Source of the DNA: Camelus dromedarius
Taxonomy: Eukaryota
DNA length: 64,000 bases
Direction of reading: 5' to 3'
Assembly: GCF_036321535.1 (NCBI RefSeq)
Contig: NC_087436.1
Coordinates: 868,001-932,000, forward strand
Shown here piece by piece: positions 1-12,559 of the stretch; position 1 is the stretch's first letter; the number at the start of each line of letters is the position of its first letter. Position numbers and translations under genes: made by a program. The notes beneath the pieces were generated by a model. It was not told where the DNA came from. It saw only the letters and a program-made list of their open reading frames with translations, and searched no databases.

Positions 1-2100
1 CACCAGGGAACGGGTTGCAGGAGACACTTTTTCTCTGCTTCCTCAGTCTGTTTCCTAGTGCCGGTTTGAAGTTCCTGCAGTTTTCACTGTAAAACCGAAT
101 TGGAGCTTGTACCTACCCATATATATGTATGGAATGGAGTTTGCAACTGAAAAGAAACTTTGTGTTCCCAACAAGCTAGGTGAAGGACGGCTTTCACACA
201 CACTTATCTCTCAGAACTGAGCAAGTGGAGAGACGTTCGTTCATCTAGCACCAAGGGAACGGGTTGCAGGAGACACTTTTTCTCTGCTTCTCAGTCTGTT
301 TCCTAGTGCCGGTTTGAAGTTCCTGCAGTTTTCACTGTCAAACCGAGTTGGAGCTAGTACCTCCCCATATATATGTATGGAATGGAGTTTGCAACTGAAA
401 AGAAACTTTGTGTTCCCAACAAGCTAGGTGAAGGACGGCTTTCACACACACTTATCTCTCAGAACTGAGCAAGTGGAGAGACGTTCGTTCATCTAGCACC
501 AAGGGAACGGTTTGCAGGAGACACTTTTTCTCTGCTTTCTCAGTCTGTTTCCTAGTGCCGGTTTGAAGTTCCTGCAGTTTTCACTGTCAAACCGAGTTGG
601 AGCTTGTACCTCCCCATATATATGTATGGAATGGAGTTAGCAACTGAAAAGAAACTTTGTGTTCCCAACAAGCTAGGTGAAGGATGGCTTTCACACACAA
701 TTATCTCTCAGAACAGAGCAAGTAGAGAGACGTTCGTTCATCTAGCACCAAGGGAACGGGTTGCAGGAGACACTTTTTCTCTGCTTTCTCAGTCTGTTAC
801 CTAGTGCCGGTTTGAAGTTCCTGCAGTTTTCACTGTCAAACCGAGTTGGAGCTAGTACCTCCCCATATATATGTATGGAATGGAGTTTGCAACTGAAAAG
901 AAACTTTGTGTTCCCAACAAGCTAGGTGAAGGACGGCTTTCACACACACTTATCTCTCAGAACTGAGCAAGTGGAGAGACGTTCGTTCATCTAGCACCAG
1001 GGAACGGGTTGCAGGAGACACTTTTTCTCTGCTTCCTCAGTCTGTTTCCTAGTGCCGGTTTGAAGTTCCTGCAGTTTTCACTGTAAAACCGAGTTGGAGC
1101 TTGTACCTCCCCATATATATGTATGGAATGGAGTTTGCAACTGAAAAGAAACTTTGTGTTCCCAACAAGCTAGGTGAAGGACGGCTTTCACACACACTTA
1201 TCTCTCAGAACTGAGCAAGTGGAGAGACGTTCGTTCATCTAGCACCAAGGGAACGGGTTGCAGGAGACACTTTTTCTCTGCTTCTCAGTCTGTTTCCTAG
1301 TGCCGGTTTGAAGTTCCTGCAGTTTTCACTGTAAAACCGAGTTGGAGCTAGTACCTCCCCATATATATGTATGGAATGGAGTTTGCAACTGAAAAGAAAC
1401 TTTGTGTTCCCAACAAGCTAGGTGAAGGACGGCTTTCACACACACTTATCTCTCAGAACTGAGCAAGTGGAGAGACGTTCGTTCATCTAGCACCAAGGGA
1501 ACGGTTTGCAGGAGACACTTTTTCTCTGCTTTCTCAGTCTGTTTCCTAGTGCCGGTTTGAAGTTCCTGCAGTTTTCACTGTCAAACCGAGTTGGAGCTTG
1601 TACCTCCCCATATATATGTATGGAATGGAGTTAGCAACTGAAAAGAAACTTTGTGTTCCCAACAAGCTAGGTGAAGGATGGCTTTCACACACAATTATCT
1701 CTCAGAACAGAGCAAGTAGAGAGACGTTCGTTCATCTAGCACCAAGGGAACGGGTTGCAGGAGACACTTTTTCTCTGCTTTCTCAGTCTGTTACCTAGTG
1801 CCGGTTTGAAGTTCCTGCAGTTTTCACTGTCAAACCGAGTTGGAGCTAGTACCTCCCCATATATATGTATGGAATGGAGTTTGCAACTGAAAAGAAACTT
1901 TGTGTTCCCAACAAGCTAGGTGAAGGACGGCTTTCACACACACTTATCTCTCAGAACTGAGCAAGTGGAGAGACGTTCGTTCATCTAGCACCAGGGAACG
2001 GGTTGCAGGAGACACTTTTTCTCTGCTTCCTCAGTCTGTTTCCTAGTGCCGGTTTGAAGTTCCTGCAGTTTTCACTGTAAAACCGAATTGGAGCTTGTAC
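1..2100. repeat. Nested 4-monomer duplication, period 994 bp (copied again at ~3730-5830)
   Basis: The CACCAGGG deletion variant is at 1, 995 and 1989. The monomer with GTTAGCA/GGATGG/GTAGAG/GTTACC variants is marked by ORFs 604 and 1598, and by 4333 and 5327. 994 = 4x249-2. Confidence 0.9.
164..260. other. Degenerate ~97-bp inverted repeat (hairpin/cruciform-capable), present once per repeat unit; first instance given
   Basis: GTTCCC(164-169)/GGGAAC(255-260), GCTAG(175-179)/CTAGC(245-249) and TGAA(181-184)/TTCA(240-243) share one symmetry axis. The inner pairs CACTT(201-205)/AAGTG(223-227) and CTCAG(210-214)/CTGAG(217-221) are nearly concentric. Confidence 0.75.
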
Positions 2101-5100
2101 CTCCCCATATATATGTATGGAATGGAGTTTGCAACTGAAAAGAAACTTTGTGTTCCCAACAAGCTAGGTGAAGGACGGCTTTCACACACACTTATCTCTC
2201 AGAACTGAGCAAGTGGAGAGACGTTCGTTCATCTAGCACCAAGGGAACGGGTTGCAGGACACACTTTTTCTCTGCTTTCTCAGTCTGTTTCCTAGTGCCG
2301 GTTTGAAGTTCCTGCAGTTTTCATTGTAAAACCGAGTTGGAGCTTCTACCTCCCCATATATATATATGGAATGGAGTTTGCAACTGAAAAGAAACTTTGT
2401 GTTCCCAACAAGCTAGGTGAAGTACGGCTTTCACACACACTTATCTCTCAGAACAGAGCAAGTGGAGAGACGTTCGTTCATCTAGCACCAAGGGAACGGG
2501 TTGCAGGAGACACTTTTTCTCTGCTTTCTCAGTCTGTTTCCTAGTGCCGGTTTGAAGTTCCTGCAGTTTTCACTGTCAAACCGAGTTGGAGCTAGTACCT
2601 CCCCATATATATGTATGGAATGGAGTTTGCAACTGAAAAGAAACTTTGTGTTCCCAACAAGCTAGGTGAAGGACGGCTTTCACACACAATTATCTCTCAG
2701 AACTGAGCAAGTGGAGAGACGTTCGTTCATCTAGCACCAAGGGAACGGTTGCATGGGACACTTTTTCTCTGCTTTCTCAGTCTGTTTCCTAGTGCCGGTT
2801 TGAAGTTCCTGCAGTTTTCACTGTAAAACCGAGTTGGAGCTTCTACCTCCCCATATATATATATGGAATGGAGTTTGCAACTGAAAAGAAACTTTGTGTT
2901 CCCAACAAGCTAGGTGAAGTACGGCTTTCACACACACTTATCTCTCAGAACAGAGCAAGTGGAGAGACGTTCGTTCATCTAGCACCAAGGGAACGGGTTG
3001 CAGGAGACACTTTTTCTCTGCTTTCTCAGTCTGTTTCCTAGTGCCGGTTTGAAGTTCCTGCAGTTTTCACTGTCAAACCGAGTTGGAGCTTGTACCTCCC
3101 CATATATATGTATGGAATGGAGTTTGCAACTGAAAAGAAACTTTGTGTTCCCAACAAGCTAGGTGAAGGACGGCTTTCACACACACTTATCTCTCAGAAC
3201 TGAGCAAGTGGAGAGACGTTCGTTCATCTAGCACCAAGGGAACGGTTTGCAGGAGACACTTTTTCTCTGCTTCCTCAGTCTGTTTCCTAGTGCCGATTTG
3301 AAGTTCCTTCAGTTTTCACTGTAAAACCGAGTTGGAGCTTCTACCTCCTCATATATATGTATGGAATGGAGTTTGCAACTGAAAAGAAACTTTGTGTTCC
3401 CAAAAAGCAAGGTGAAGGACTGCTTTCACACACACTTATCTCTCAGAACTGAGCAAGTGGAGAGACGTTCGTTCATCTAGAACCAAGGGAACGGGTTGCT
3501 GGAGACACTTATTCTCTGCTTTCTCAGTCTGTTTCCTAGTGCCGGTTTGAAGTTCCTGCAGTTTTCACTGTAAAACCGAGTTGGAGCTAGTACCTCCCCA
3601 TATATATGTATGGAATGGAGTTTGCAACTGAAAAGAAACTTTGTGTTCCCAACAAGCTAGGTGAAGGACGGCTTTCACACACACTTATCTCTCAGAACTG
3701 AGCAAGTGGAGAGACGTTCGTTCATCTAGCACCAGGGAACGGGTTGCAGGAGACACTTTTTCTCTGCTTCCTCAGTCTGTTTCCTAGTGCCGGTTTGAAG
3801 TTCCTGCAGTTTTCACTGTAAAACCGAATTGGAGCTTGTACCTACCCATATATATGTATGGAATGGAGTTTGCAACTGAAAAGAAACTTTGTGTTCCCAA
3901 CAAGCTAGGTGAAGGACGGCTTTCACACACACTTATCTCTCAGAACTGAGCAAGTGGAGAGACGTTCGTTCATCTAGCACCAAGGGAACGGGTTGCAGGA
4001 GACACTTTTTCTCTGCTTCTCAGTCTGTTTCCTAGTGCCGGTTTGAAGTTCCTGCAGTTTTCACTGTCAAACCGAGTTGGAGCTAGTACCTCCCCATATA
4101 TATGTATGGAATGGAGTTTGCAACTGAAAAGAAACTTTGTGTTCCCAACAAGCTAGGTGAAGGACGGCTTTCACACACACTTATCTCTCAGAACTGAGCA
4201 AGTGGAGAGACGTTCGTTCATCTAGCACCAAGGGAACGGTTTGCAGGAGACACTTTTTCTCTGCTTTCTCAGTCTGTTTCCTAGTGCCGGTTTGAAGTTC
4301 CTGCAGTTTTCACTGTCAAACCGAGTTGGAGCTTGTACCTCCCCATATATATGTATGGAATGGAGTTAGCAACTGAAAAGAAACTTTGTGTTCCCAACAA
4401 GCTAGGTGAAGGATGGCTTTCACACACAATTATCTCTCAGAACAGAGCAAGTAGAGAGACGTTCGTTCATCTAGCACCAAGGGAACGGGTTGCAGGAGAC
4501 ACTTTTTCTCTGCTTTCTCAGTCTGTTACCTAGTGCCGGTTTGAAGTTCCTGCAGTTTTCACTGTCAAACCGAGTTGGAGCTAGTACCTCCCCATATATA
4601 TGTATGGAATGGAGTTTGCAACTGAAAAGAAACTTTGTGTTCCCAACAAGCTAGGTGAAGGACGGCTTTCACACACACTTATCTCTCAGAACTGAGCAAG
4701 TGGAGAGACGTTCGTTCATCTAGCACCAGGGAACGGGTTGCAGGAGACACTTTTTCTCTGCTTCCTCAGTCTGTTTCCTAGTGCCGGTTTGAAGTTCCTG
4801 CAGTTTTCACTGTAAAACCGAGTTGGAGCTTGTACCTCCCCATATATATGTATGGAATGGAGTTTGCAACTGAAAAGAAACTTTGTGTTCCCAACAAGCT
4901 AGGTGAAGGACGGCTTTCACACACACTTATCTCTCAGAACTGAGCAAGTGGAGAGACGTTCGTTCATCTAGCACCAAGGGAACGGGTTGCAGGAGACACT
5001 TTTTCTCTGCTTCTCAGTCTGTTTCCTAGTGCCGGTTTGAAGTTCCTGCAGTTTTCACTGTAAAACCGAGTTGGAGCTAGTACCTCCCCATATATATGTA

Positions 5101-8100
5101 TGGAATGGAGTTTGCAACTGAAAAGAAACTTTGTGTTCCCAACAAGCTAGGTGAAGGACGGCTTTCACACACACTTATCTCTCAGAACTGAGCAAGTGGA
5201 GAGACGTTCGTTCATCTAGCACCAAGGGAACGGTTTGCAGGAGACACTTTTTCTCTGCTTTCTCAGTCTGTTTCCTAGTGCCGGTTTGAAGTTCCTGCAG
5301 TTTTCACTGTCAAACCGAGTTGGAGCTTGTACCTCCCCATATATATGTATGGAATGGAGTTAGCAACTGAAAAGAAACTTTGTGTTCCCAACAAGCTAGG
5401 TGAAGGATGGCTTTCACACACAATTATCTCTCAGAACAGAGCAAGTAGAGAGACGTTCGTTCATCTAGCACCAAGGGAACGGGTTGCAGGAGACACTTTT
5501 TCTCTGCTTTCTCAGTCTGTTACCTAGTGCCGGTTTGAAGTTCCTGCAGTTTTCACTGTCAAACCGAGTTGGAGCTAGTACCTCCCCATATATATGTATG
5601 GAATGGAGTTTGCAACTGAAAAGAAACTTTGTGTTCCCAACAAGCTAGGTGAAGGACGGCTTTCACACACACTTATCTCTCAGAACTGAGCAAGTGGAGA
5701 GACGTTCGTTCATCTAGCACCAGGGAACGGGTTGCAGGAGACACTTTTTCTCTGCTTCCTCAGTCTGTTTCCTAGTGCCGGTTTGAAGTTCCTGCAGTTT
5801 TCACTGTAAAACCGAATTGGAGCTTGTACCTCCCCATATATATGTATGGAATGGAGTTTGCAACTGAAAAGAAACTTTGTGTTCCCAACAAGCTAGGTGA
5901 AGGACGGCTTTCACACACACTTATCTCTCAGAACTGAGCAAGTGGAGAGACGTTCGTTCATCTAGCACCAAGGGAACGGGTTGCAGGACACACTTTTTCT
6001 CTGCTTTCTCAGTCTGTTTCCTAGTGCCGGTTTGAAGTTCCTGCAGTTTTCATTGTAAAACCGAGTTGGAGCTTCTACCTCCCCATATATATATATGGAA
6101 TGGAGTTTGCAACTGAAAAGAAACTTTGTGTTCCCAACAAGCTAGGTGAAGTACGGCTTTCACACACACTTATCTCTCAGAACAGAGCAAGTGGAGAGAC
6201 GTTCGTTCATCTAGCACCAAGGGAACGGGTTGCAGGAGACACTTTTTCTCTGCTTTCTCAGTCTGTTTCCTAGTGCCGGTTTGAAGTTCCTGCAGTTTTC
6301 ACTGTCAAACCGAGTTGGAGCTAGTACCTCCCCATATATATGTATGGAATGGAGTTTGCAACTGAAAAGAAACTTTGTGTTCCCAACAAGCTAGGTGAAG
6401 GACGGCTTTCACACACAATTATCTCTCAGAACTGAGCAAGTGGAGAGACGTTCGTTCATCTAGCACCAAGGGAACGGTTGCATGGGACACTTTTTCTCTG
6501 CTTTCTCAGTCTGTTTCCTAGTGCCGGTTTGAAGTTCCTGCAGTTTTCACTGTAAAACCGAGTTGGAGCTTCTACCTCCCCATATATATATATGGAATGG
6601 AGTTTGCAACTGAAAAGAAACTTTGTGTTCCCAACAAGCTAGGTGAAGTACGGCTTTCACACACACTTATCTCTCAGAACAGAGCAAGTGGAGAGACGTT
6701 CGTTCATCTAGCACCAAGGGAACGGGTTGCAGGAGACACTTTTTCTCTGCTTTCTCAGTCTGTTTCCTAGTGCCGGTTTGAAGTTCCTGCAGTTTTCACT
6801 GTCAAACCGAGTTGGAGCTTGTACCTCCCCATATATATGTATGGAATGGAGTTTGCAACTGAAAAGAAACTTTGTGTTCCCAACAAGCTAGGTGAAGGAC
6901 GGCTTTCACACACACTTATCTCTCAGAACTGAGCAAGTGGAGAGACGTTCGTTCATCTAGCACCAAGGGAACGGTTTGCAGGAGACACTTTTTCTCTGCT
7001 TCCTCAGTCTGTTTCCTAGTGCCGATTTGAAGTTCCTTCAGTTTTCACTGTAAAACCGAGTTGGAGCTTCTACCTCCTCATATATATGTATGGAATGGAG
7101 TTTGCAACTGAAAAGAAACTTTGTGTTCCCAAAAAGCAAGGTGAAGGACTGCTTTCACACACACTTATCTCTCAGAACTGAGCAAGTGGAGAGACGTTCG
7201 TTCATCTAGAACCAAGGGAACGGGTTGCTGGAGACACTTATTCTCTGCTTTCTCAGTCTGTTTCCTAGTGCCGGTTTGAAGTTCCTGCAGTTTTCACTGT
7301 AAAACCGAGTTGGAGCTTGTACCTCCCCATATATATGTATGGAATGGAGTTTGCAACTGAAAAGAAACTTTGTGTTCCCAACAAGCTAGGTGAAGGACGG
7401 CTTTCACACACACTTATCTTTCAGAACTTAGCAAGTGGAGAGATGTTCGTTCATATAGCACCAAGGGAACGGGTTGCAGGGGACACTTTTTCTCTGCTTT
7501 CTCAGTCTGTTTCCTAGTGCCGGTTTGAAGTTCCTGCAGTTTTCACTGTAAAACCGAGTTGGAGCTTCTACCACCCCATATATATGTATGGAATGGAGTT
7601 TGCAACTGAAAAGAAACTCTGTGTTCCCAACAAGCTAGGTGAAGGACGGCTTTCACACACACTTACCTCTCAGAACTGAGCAAGTGGAGAGAAGTTCGTT
7701 CATCTAGCACCAAGGGAACGGGTTGAAGGAGACACTTTTTCTCTGCTTTCTCAGTCTGTTTCCTAGTGCCGGTTAGAAGTTCCTGCAGTTTTCACTGTCT
7801 AACCGAATTGGAGCTAGTACTTCCCCATATATATGTATGGAATTGAGTTTGCAACTGAAAAGAAACTTTGTGTTCCCAACAAGCTAGATGAAGTACGGCT
7901 TTCACACACAATTATCTCTCAGAACTGAGCAAGTGGAGAGACGTTCGTTCATCTAGCACCAAGGGAACGGGTTGCAGGAGACACTTTTTCTCTGCTTCCT
8001 CAGTCTGTTTCCTAGTGCCGGTTTGAAGTTCCTGCAGTTTTCACTGTCAAACCGAGTTGGAGCTTCTACCTCCCCATATATATGTATGGAATGGAGTTTG

Positions 8101-11100
8101 CAACTGAAAAGAAACTTTGTGTTCCCAACAAGCTAGGTGAAGGACGGCTTTCACACACACTTATCTCTCAGAACTGAGCAAGTGGAGAGACGTTCGTTCA
8201 TCTAGCACCAAGGGAACGGGTTGCAGGAGACACTTTTTCTCTGCTATCTCAGTCTGTTTCCTAGTGCCGGTTAGAAGTTCCTGCAGTTTTCACTGTCAAA
8301 CCGAGTTGGAGCTAGTACTTCCCCATATATATGTATGGAATGGAGTTTGCAACTGAAAAGAAACTTTGTGTTCCCAACAAGCTAGGTGAAGTACGGCTTT
8401 CACACACACTTATCTCTCAGAACTGAGCAAGTGGAGAGACGTTCGTTCATCTAGCACCAAGGGAACGGGTTGCAGGAGACACTTTTTCTCTGCTTCCTCA
8501 GTCTGTTTTCTAGTGCCGGTTTGAAGTTCCTGCAGTTTTCACTGTAAAACCGAGTTGGAGCTTGTACCTCCCCATATATATGTATGGAATGGAGTTTGCA
8601 ACTGAAAAGAAACTTTGTGTTCCCAACAAGCTAGGTGAAGGACGGCTTTCACACACACTTATCTCTCAGAACTGAGCAAGTGGAGAGACGTTCGTTCATC
8701 TAGCACCAAGGGAACGGGTTGCAGGGGACACTTTTTCTCTGCTTCCTCAGTCTGTTTCCTAGTGCCGGTTTGAAGTTCCTGCAGTTTTCACTGTAAAACC
8801 GAGTTGGAGCTTCTACCTCCCCATATATATGTATGGAATGGAGTTTGCAACTCAAAAGAAACTTTGTGTTCCCAACAATCTAGGTGAATGACGGCTTTCA
8901 CACACACTTATCTCTCAGAACTGAGCAAGTGGAGAGACTTTCGTTCATCTAGCACCAAGGGAACGGGTTGCAGGAGACACTTTTTCTCTGCTTTCTCAGT
9001 CTGTTTCCTAGTGCCGGATTGAAGTTCCTGCAGTTTTCACTGTCAAACCGCGTTGGAGCTAGTACCTCCCCATATATATGTATGGAATGGAGTTTGCAAC
9101 TGAAAAGAAACTTTGTGTTCCCAACAAGCTAGGTGAAGGGCGGCTTTCACACACACTTATCTCTCAGAACTGAGCAAGTGGAGAGACGTTCGTTCATCTA
9201 GCACCAAGGGAACGGGTTGCGGGAGACACTTTTTCTCTGCTTTCTCAGTCTGTTTCCTAGGGCCGGTTTGAAGTTCCTGCAGTTTTCACTGTAAAACCGA
9301 GTTGGAGCTTCTACCTCCCCATATATATGTATGGAATGGAGTTTGCAACTGAAAAGAAACTTTGTGTTCCCAACAAGCTATGTGAAGGACGGCTTTCACA
9401 CACATTTATCTCTCAGAACTGAGCAAGTGGAGAGACGTTCGTTCATGTAGCACAAAGGGAACGGGTTGCAGGAGACACTTTTTCTCTGCTTTCTCAGTCT
9501 GTTTCCTAGTGCCGCTTTGAAGTTCCTGCAGTTTTCACTGTCAAACCGAGTTGGAGCTAGTACCTCCCCATATATATGTATGGAATGGAGTTTGCAACTG
9601 AAAAGAAACTTTGTGTTCCCAACAAGCTAGGTGAAGGACGGCTTTCACACACACTTATCTCTCAGAACTGAGCAAGTGGAGAGACGTTCATTCATGTAGC
9701 ACAAAGGGAACGGGTTGCAGGAGACACTTTTTCTCTGCTTTCTCAGTCTGTTTCCTAGTGCCGGTTTGAAGTTCCTGCAGTTTTCACTCTCAAACCGAGT
9801 TGGAGCTAGTACCTCCCCATATATATGTATGGAATTGAGTTGGCAACTGAAAAGAAACTTTGTGTTCCCAACAAGCAAGGTGAAGGACGGCTTTCACACA
9901 CACTTATCTCTCAGAACTGAGCAAGTGGAGAGACGTTCTTTCATGTAGCTCCAATGGAACGGGTTGCAGGAGACACTTTTTCTCTGCTTCCTCAGTCTGT
10001 TTCCTAGTGCCGGTTTGAAGTTCCTGCAGTTTTCACTGTAAAACCGAGTTGGAGCTTGTACCTCCCCATATATATGTATGGAATGGAGTTTGCAACTGAA
10101 AAGAAACTTTGTGTTCCCAACAAGCTAGGTGAAGGACGGCTTTCACACACACTTATCTCTCAGAACTGAGCAAGTGGAGAGACGTTCTTTCATGTAGCAC
10201 CAAGGGAACGGGTTGCAGGAGACACTTTTTCTGTGCTTCCTCAGTCTGTTTCCTAGTGCCGGTTTGAAGTTCCTGCAGTTTTCACTGTAAAACCGAGTTG
10301 GAGCTTCTACCTCCCCATATATATGTATGGAATGGAGTTTGCAACTGAAAAGAAACTTTGTGTTCCCAACAAGCTAGGTGAAGGACGGCTTTCACACACA
10401 CTTATCTCTCAGAACAGAGCAATTGGAGAGACGTTCGTTCATCTAGCACCAAGGGAACGGGTTGCAGGAGACACTTTTTCTCTGCTTTCTCAGTCTGTTT
10501 CCTAGTGCCGGTTTGAAGTTCCTGCAGTTTTCACTGTCAACCCGAGTTGGAGCTAGTACCTCCCCATATATATGTATGGAATGGAGTTTGCAACTGAAAA
10601 GAAACTTTGTGTTCCCAACAAGCTAGGTGAAGGACGGCTTTCACACGCACATATCTCTCAGAACTGAGCAAGTGGAGAGATGTTCGTTCATCTAGCACCA
10701 AGGGAACGGGTTGCAGGAGACACTTTTTCCCTGCTTTCTAAGTCTGTTTCCTAGTGCCGGTTTGAAGTTCCTGCAGTTTTCATTGTCAAACCGATTTGGA
10801 GCTAGTATCTCCCCATATATAAGTATGGAATGGAGTTTACAACTGAAAAGAAACTTTGTGTTCCCAACAAGCTTGGTGAAGTGCGGCTTTCACACACACT
10901 TATCTCTCAGAACTGAGCAAGTGGAGAGACGTTCGTTCATCCAGCACCAAGGGAACGGGTTGCAGGAGACACTTTTTCTCTGCTTTCTCAGTCTGTTTCC
11001 TAGTGCCGGTTTGAAGTTCCTGCAGTTATCACTGTAAAACCGAGTTGGAGCTTGTACCTCCCCATATATATGTATGGAATGGAGTTTGCAACTGAAAAGA

Positions 11101-12559
11101 AACTTTGTGTTCCCAACAATCTAGGTGAAGGGCGGCTTTCACACACACTTATCTCTCAGAACTGAGCAAGTGGAGAGACGTTCGTTCATCTAGCACCAAG
11201 GGAACGGGTTGCAGGAGACACTTTTTCTCTGTTTTCTCAGTCTGTTTCCTAGTGCCGGTTTGATGTTCCTGCAGTTTTCACTATGAAACCGAGTTGGAGC
11301 TTCTACTTCCCCATATATATGTATGGAATGGAGTTTGCAACTGAAAAGAAACTTTGTGTTCCCAACAAGCAAGGTGAAGGACGGTTTTCAAACACACTTA
11401 TCTTTCAGAACTGAGCAAGTGGAGAGACGTTCGTTCATCTAGCACCAAGGGAACGGTTTGCAGGAGACACTTTTTCTCTGCTTCCTCAGTCTGTTTCCTA
11501 GTGCCGGTTTGAAGTTCCTGCAGTTATCACTGTCAAACCGATTTGGAGCTAGTACCTCCCCATATATATGTATGGAATGGAGTTTGCAACTGAAAAGAAA
11601 CTTTGTGTTCCCAACAAGCTAGGTGAAGGACGGCTTTCACACACACTTATCTCTCAAAACTGAGCAAGTGGAGAGACGTTCGTTCATCTAGAACCAAGGG
11701 AACGGGTTGCAGGAGACACTTTTCTCTGCTTTCTCAGTCTGTTTCCTAGTGCCGGTTTGAAGTTCCTGCAGTTTTCACTGTAAAACCGTGTTGGAGCTAC
11801 TACCTCCCCATATATATGTATGGAATGGAGTTTGCAACTGAAAAGAAACTTTGTGTTCCCAACAAGCTAGGTGAAGGACGGCTTTCACACACACTTATCT
11901 CCTAGAACTGACTAAGTGGAGAGACGTTCGTTCATCTAGCACCAAGGGAACGGGTTGCAGGAGACACTTTTTCTCTGCTTTCTCAGTCTGTTTCCTAGTG
12001 CCGGTTTGATGTTCCTGCAGTTTTCACTGTAAAACCGTGTTGGAGCTTGTACCTCCCCATATATATGTATGGAATGGAGTTTGCAACTGAAAAGAAAATT
12101 TGTGTTCCCAACAAGCTAGGTGAAGGACGGCTTTAACACACACTTATCTCTCAGAACTGAGCAAGTGGAGAGACGTTCGTTCATCTAGCACCAAGGGAAC
12201 GGGTTGCAGGAGACACTTTTTCTCTGCTTTCTCAGTCTGTTTCCTAGTGCCGGTTTGAAGTTCCTGCAGTTTTCACTGTAAAACAGAGTTGGAGCTTCTA
12301 CCTCCCCATATATATGCATGGAATGGAGTTTGCAACTTAAAAGAAACTTTGTGTTCCCAACAAGCTAGGTGAAGGACGGCTTTCACACACACTTATCTCT
12401 CAGAACAGAGCAAGTGGAGAGAAGTTCGTTCATCTAGCACCAAGGGAACGGGTTGCAGGAGACACTTTTTCTCTGCTTTCTCAGTCTGTTTCCTAGTGCC
12501 GGTTTGAAGTTCCTGCAGTTTTCACTGTGAAACCGAGTTGGAGCTAGTACCTCCCCATA

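Larger units (their letters stand above)
1..7317. repeat. 15-monomer higher-order tandem duplication, period 3729 bp (begins upstream of the window)
   Basis: Rare variants recur at +3729: ORFs 604/4333 and 1598/5327; CACCAGGG at 1/3730; CCTCCTCATA at ~3344/~7073. Identity breaks at 3589 (A) versus 7318 (T). 3729 = 15x249-6. Confidence 0.93.

Noticed and set aside
128..140. ATGGAATGGAG resembling (GGAAT)n human satellite II/III
   Set aside because: Only about two pentamer units are present, too short to imply homology.
118..204. (AT)n and (CA)n microsatellites; TATA-like promoter
   Set aside because: These are 4-5 unit tracts that form fixed parts of the monomer, with no independent expansion and no downstream gene.
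1..249. Tandem RNA gene cluster (5S rRNA, tRNA, snRNA, spliced leader)
   Set aside because: I see no recognisable 5S, tRNA or snRNA sequence. GTTCGTTC does not fit the Pol III B-box (GTTCRANNC), and I could not build a cloverleaf. An Rfam/Infernal scan would be the decisive test.
235..264. CENP-B box-like halves: TTCG(236-239) and CGGG(260-263), as TTCGTT...GGAACGGG
   Set aside because: The functional box is NTTCGNNNNANNCGGGN, with 7 nt between TTCG and CGGG; here there are 20 nt. I found no correctly spaced box on either strand in the consensus or in the variants I checked. The resemblance may be chance.
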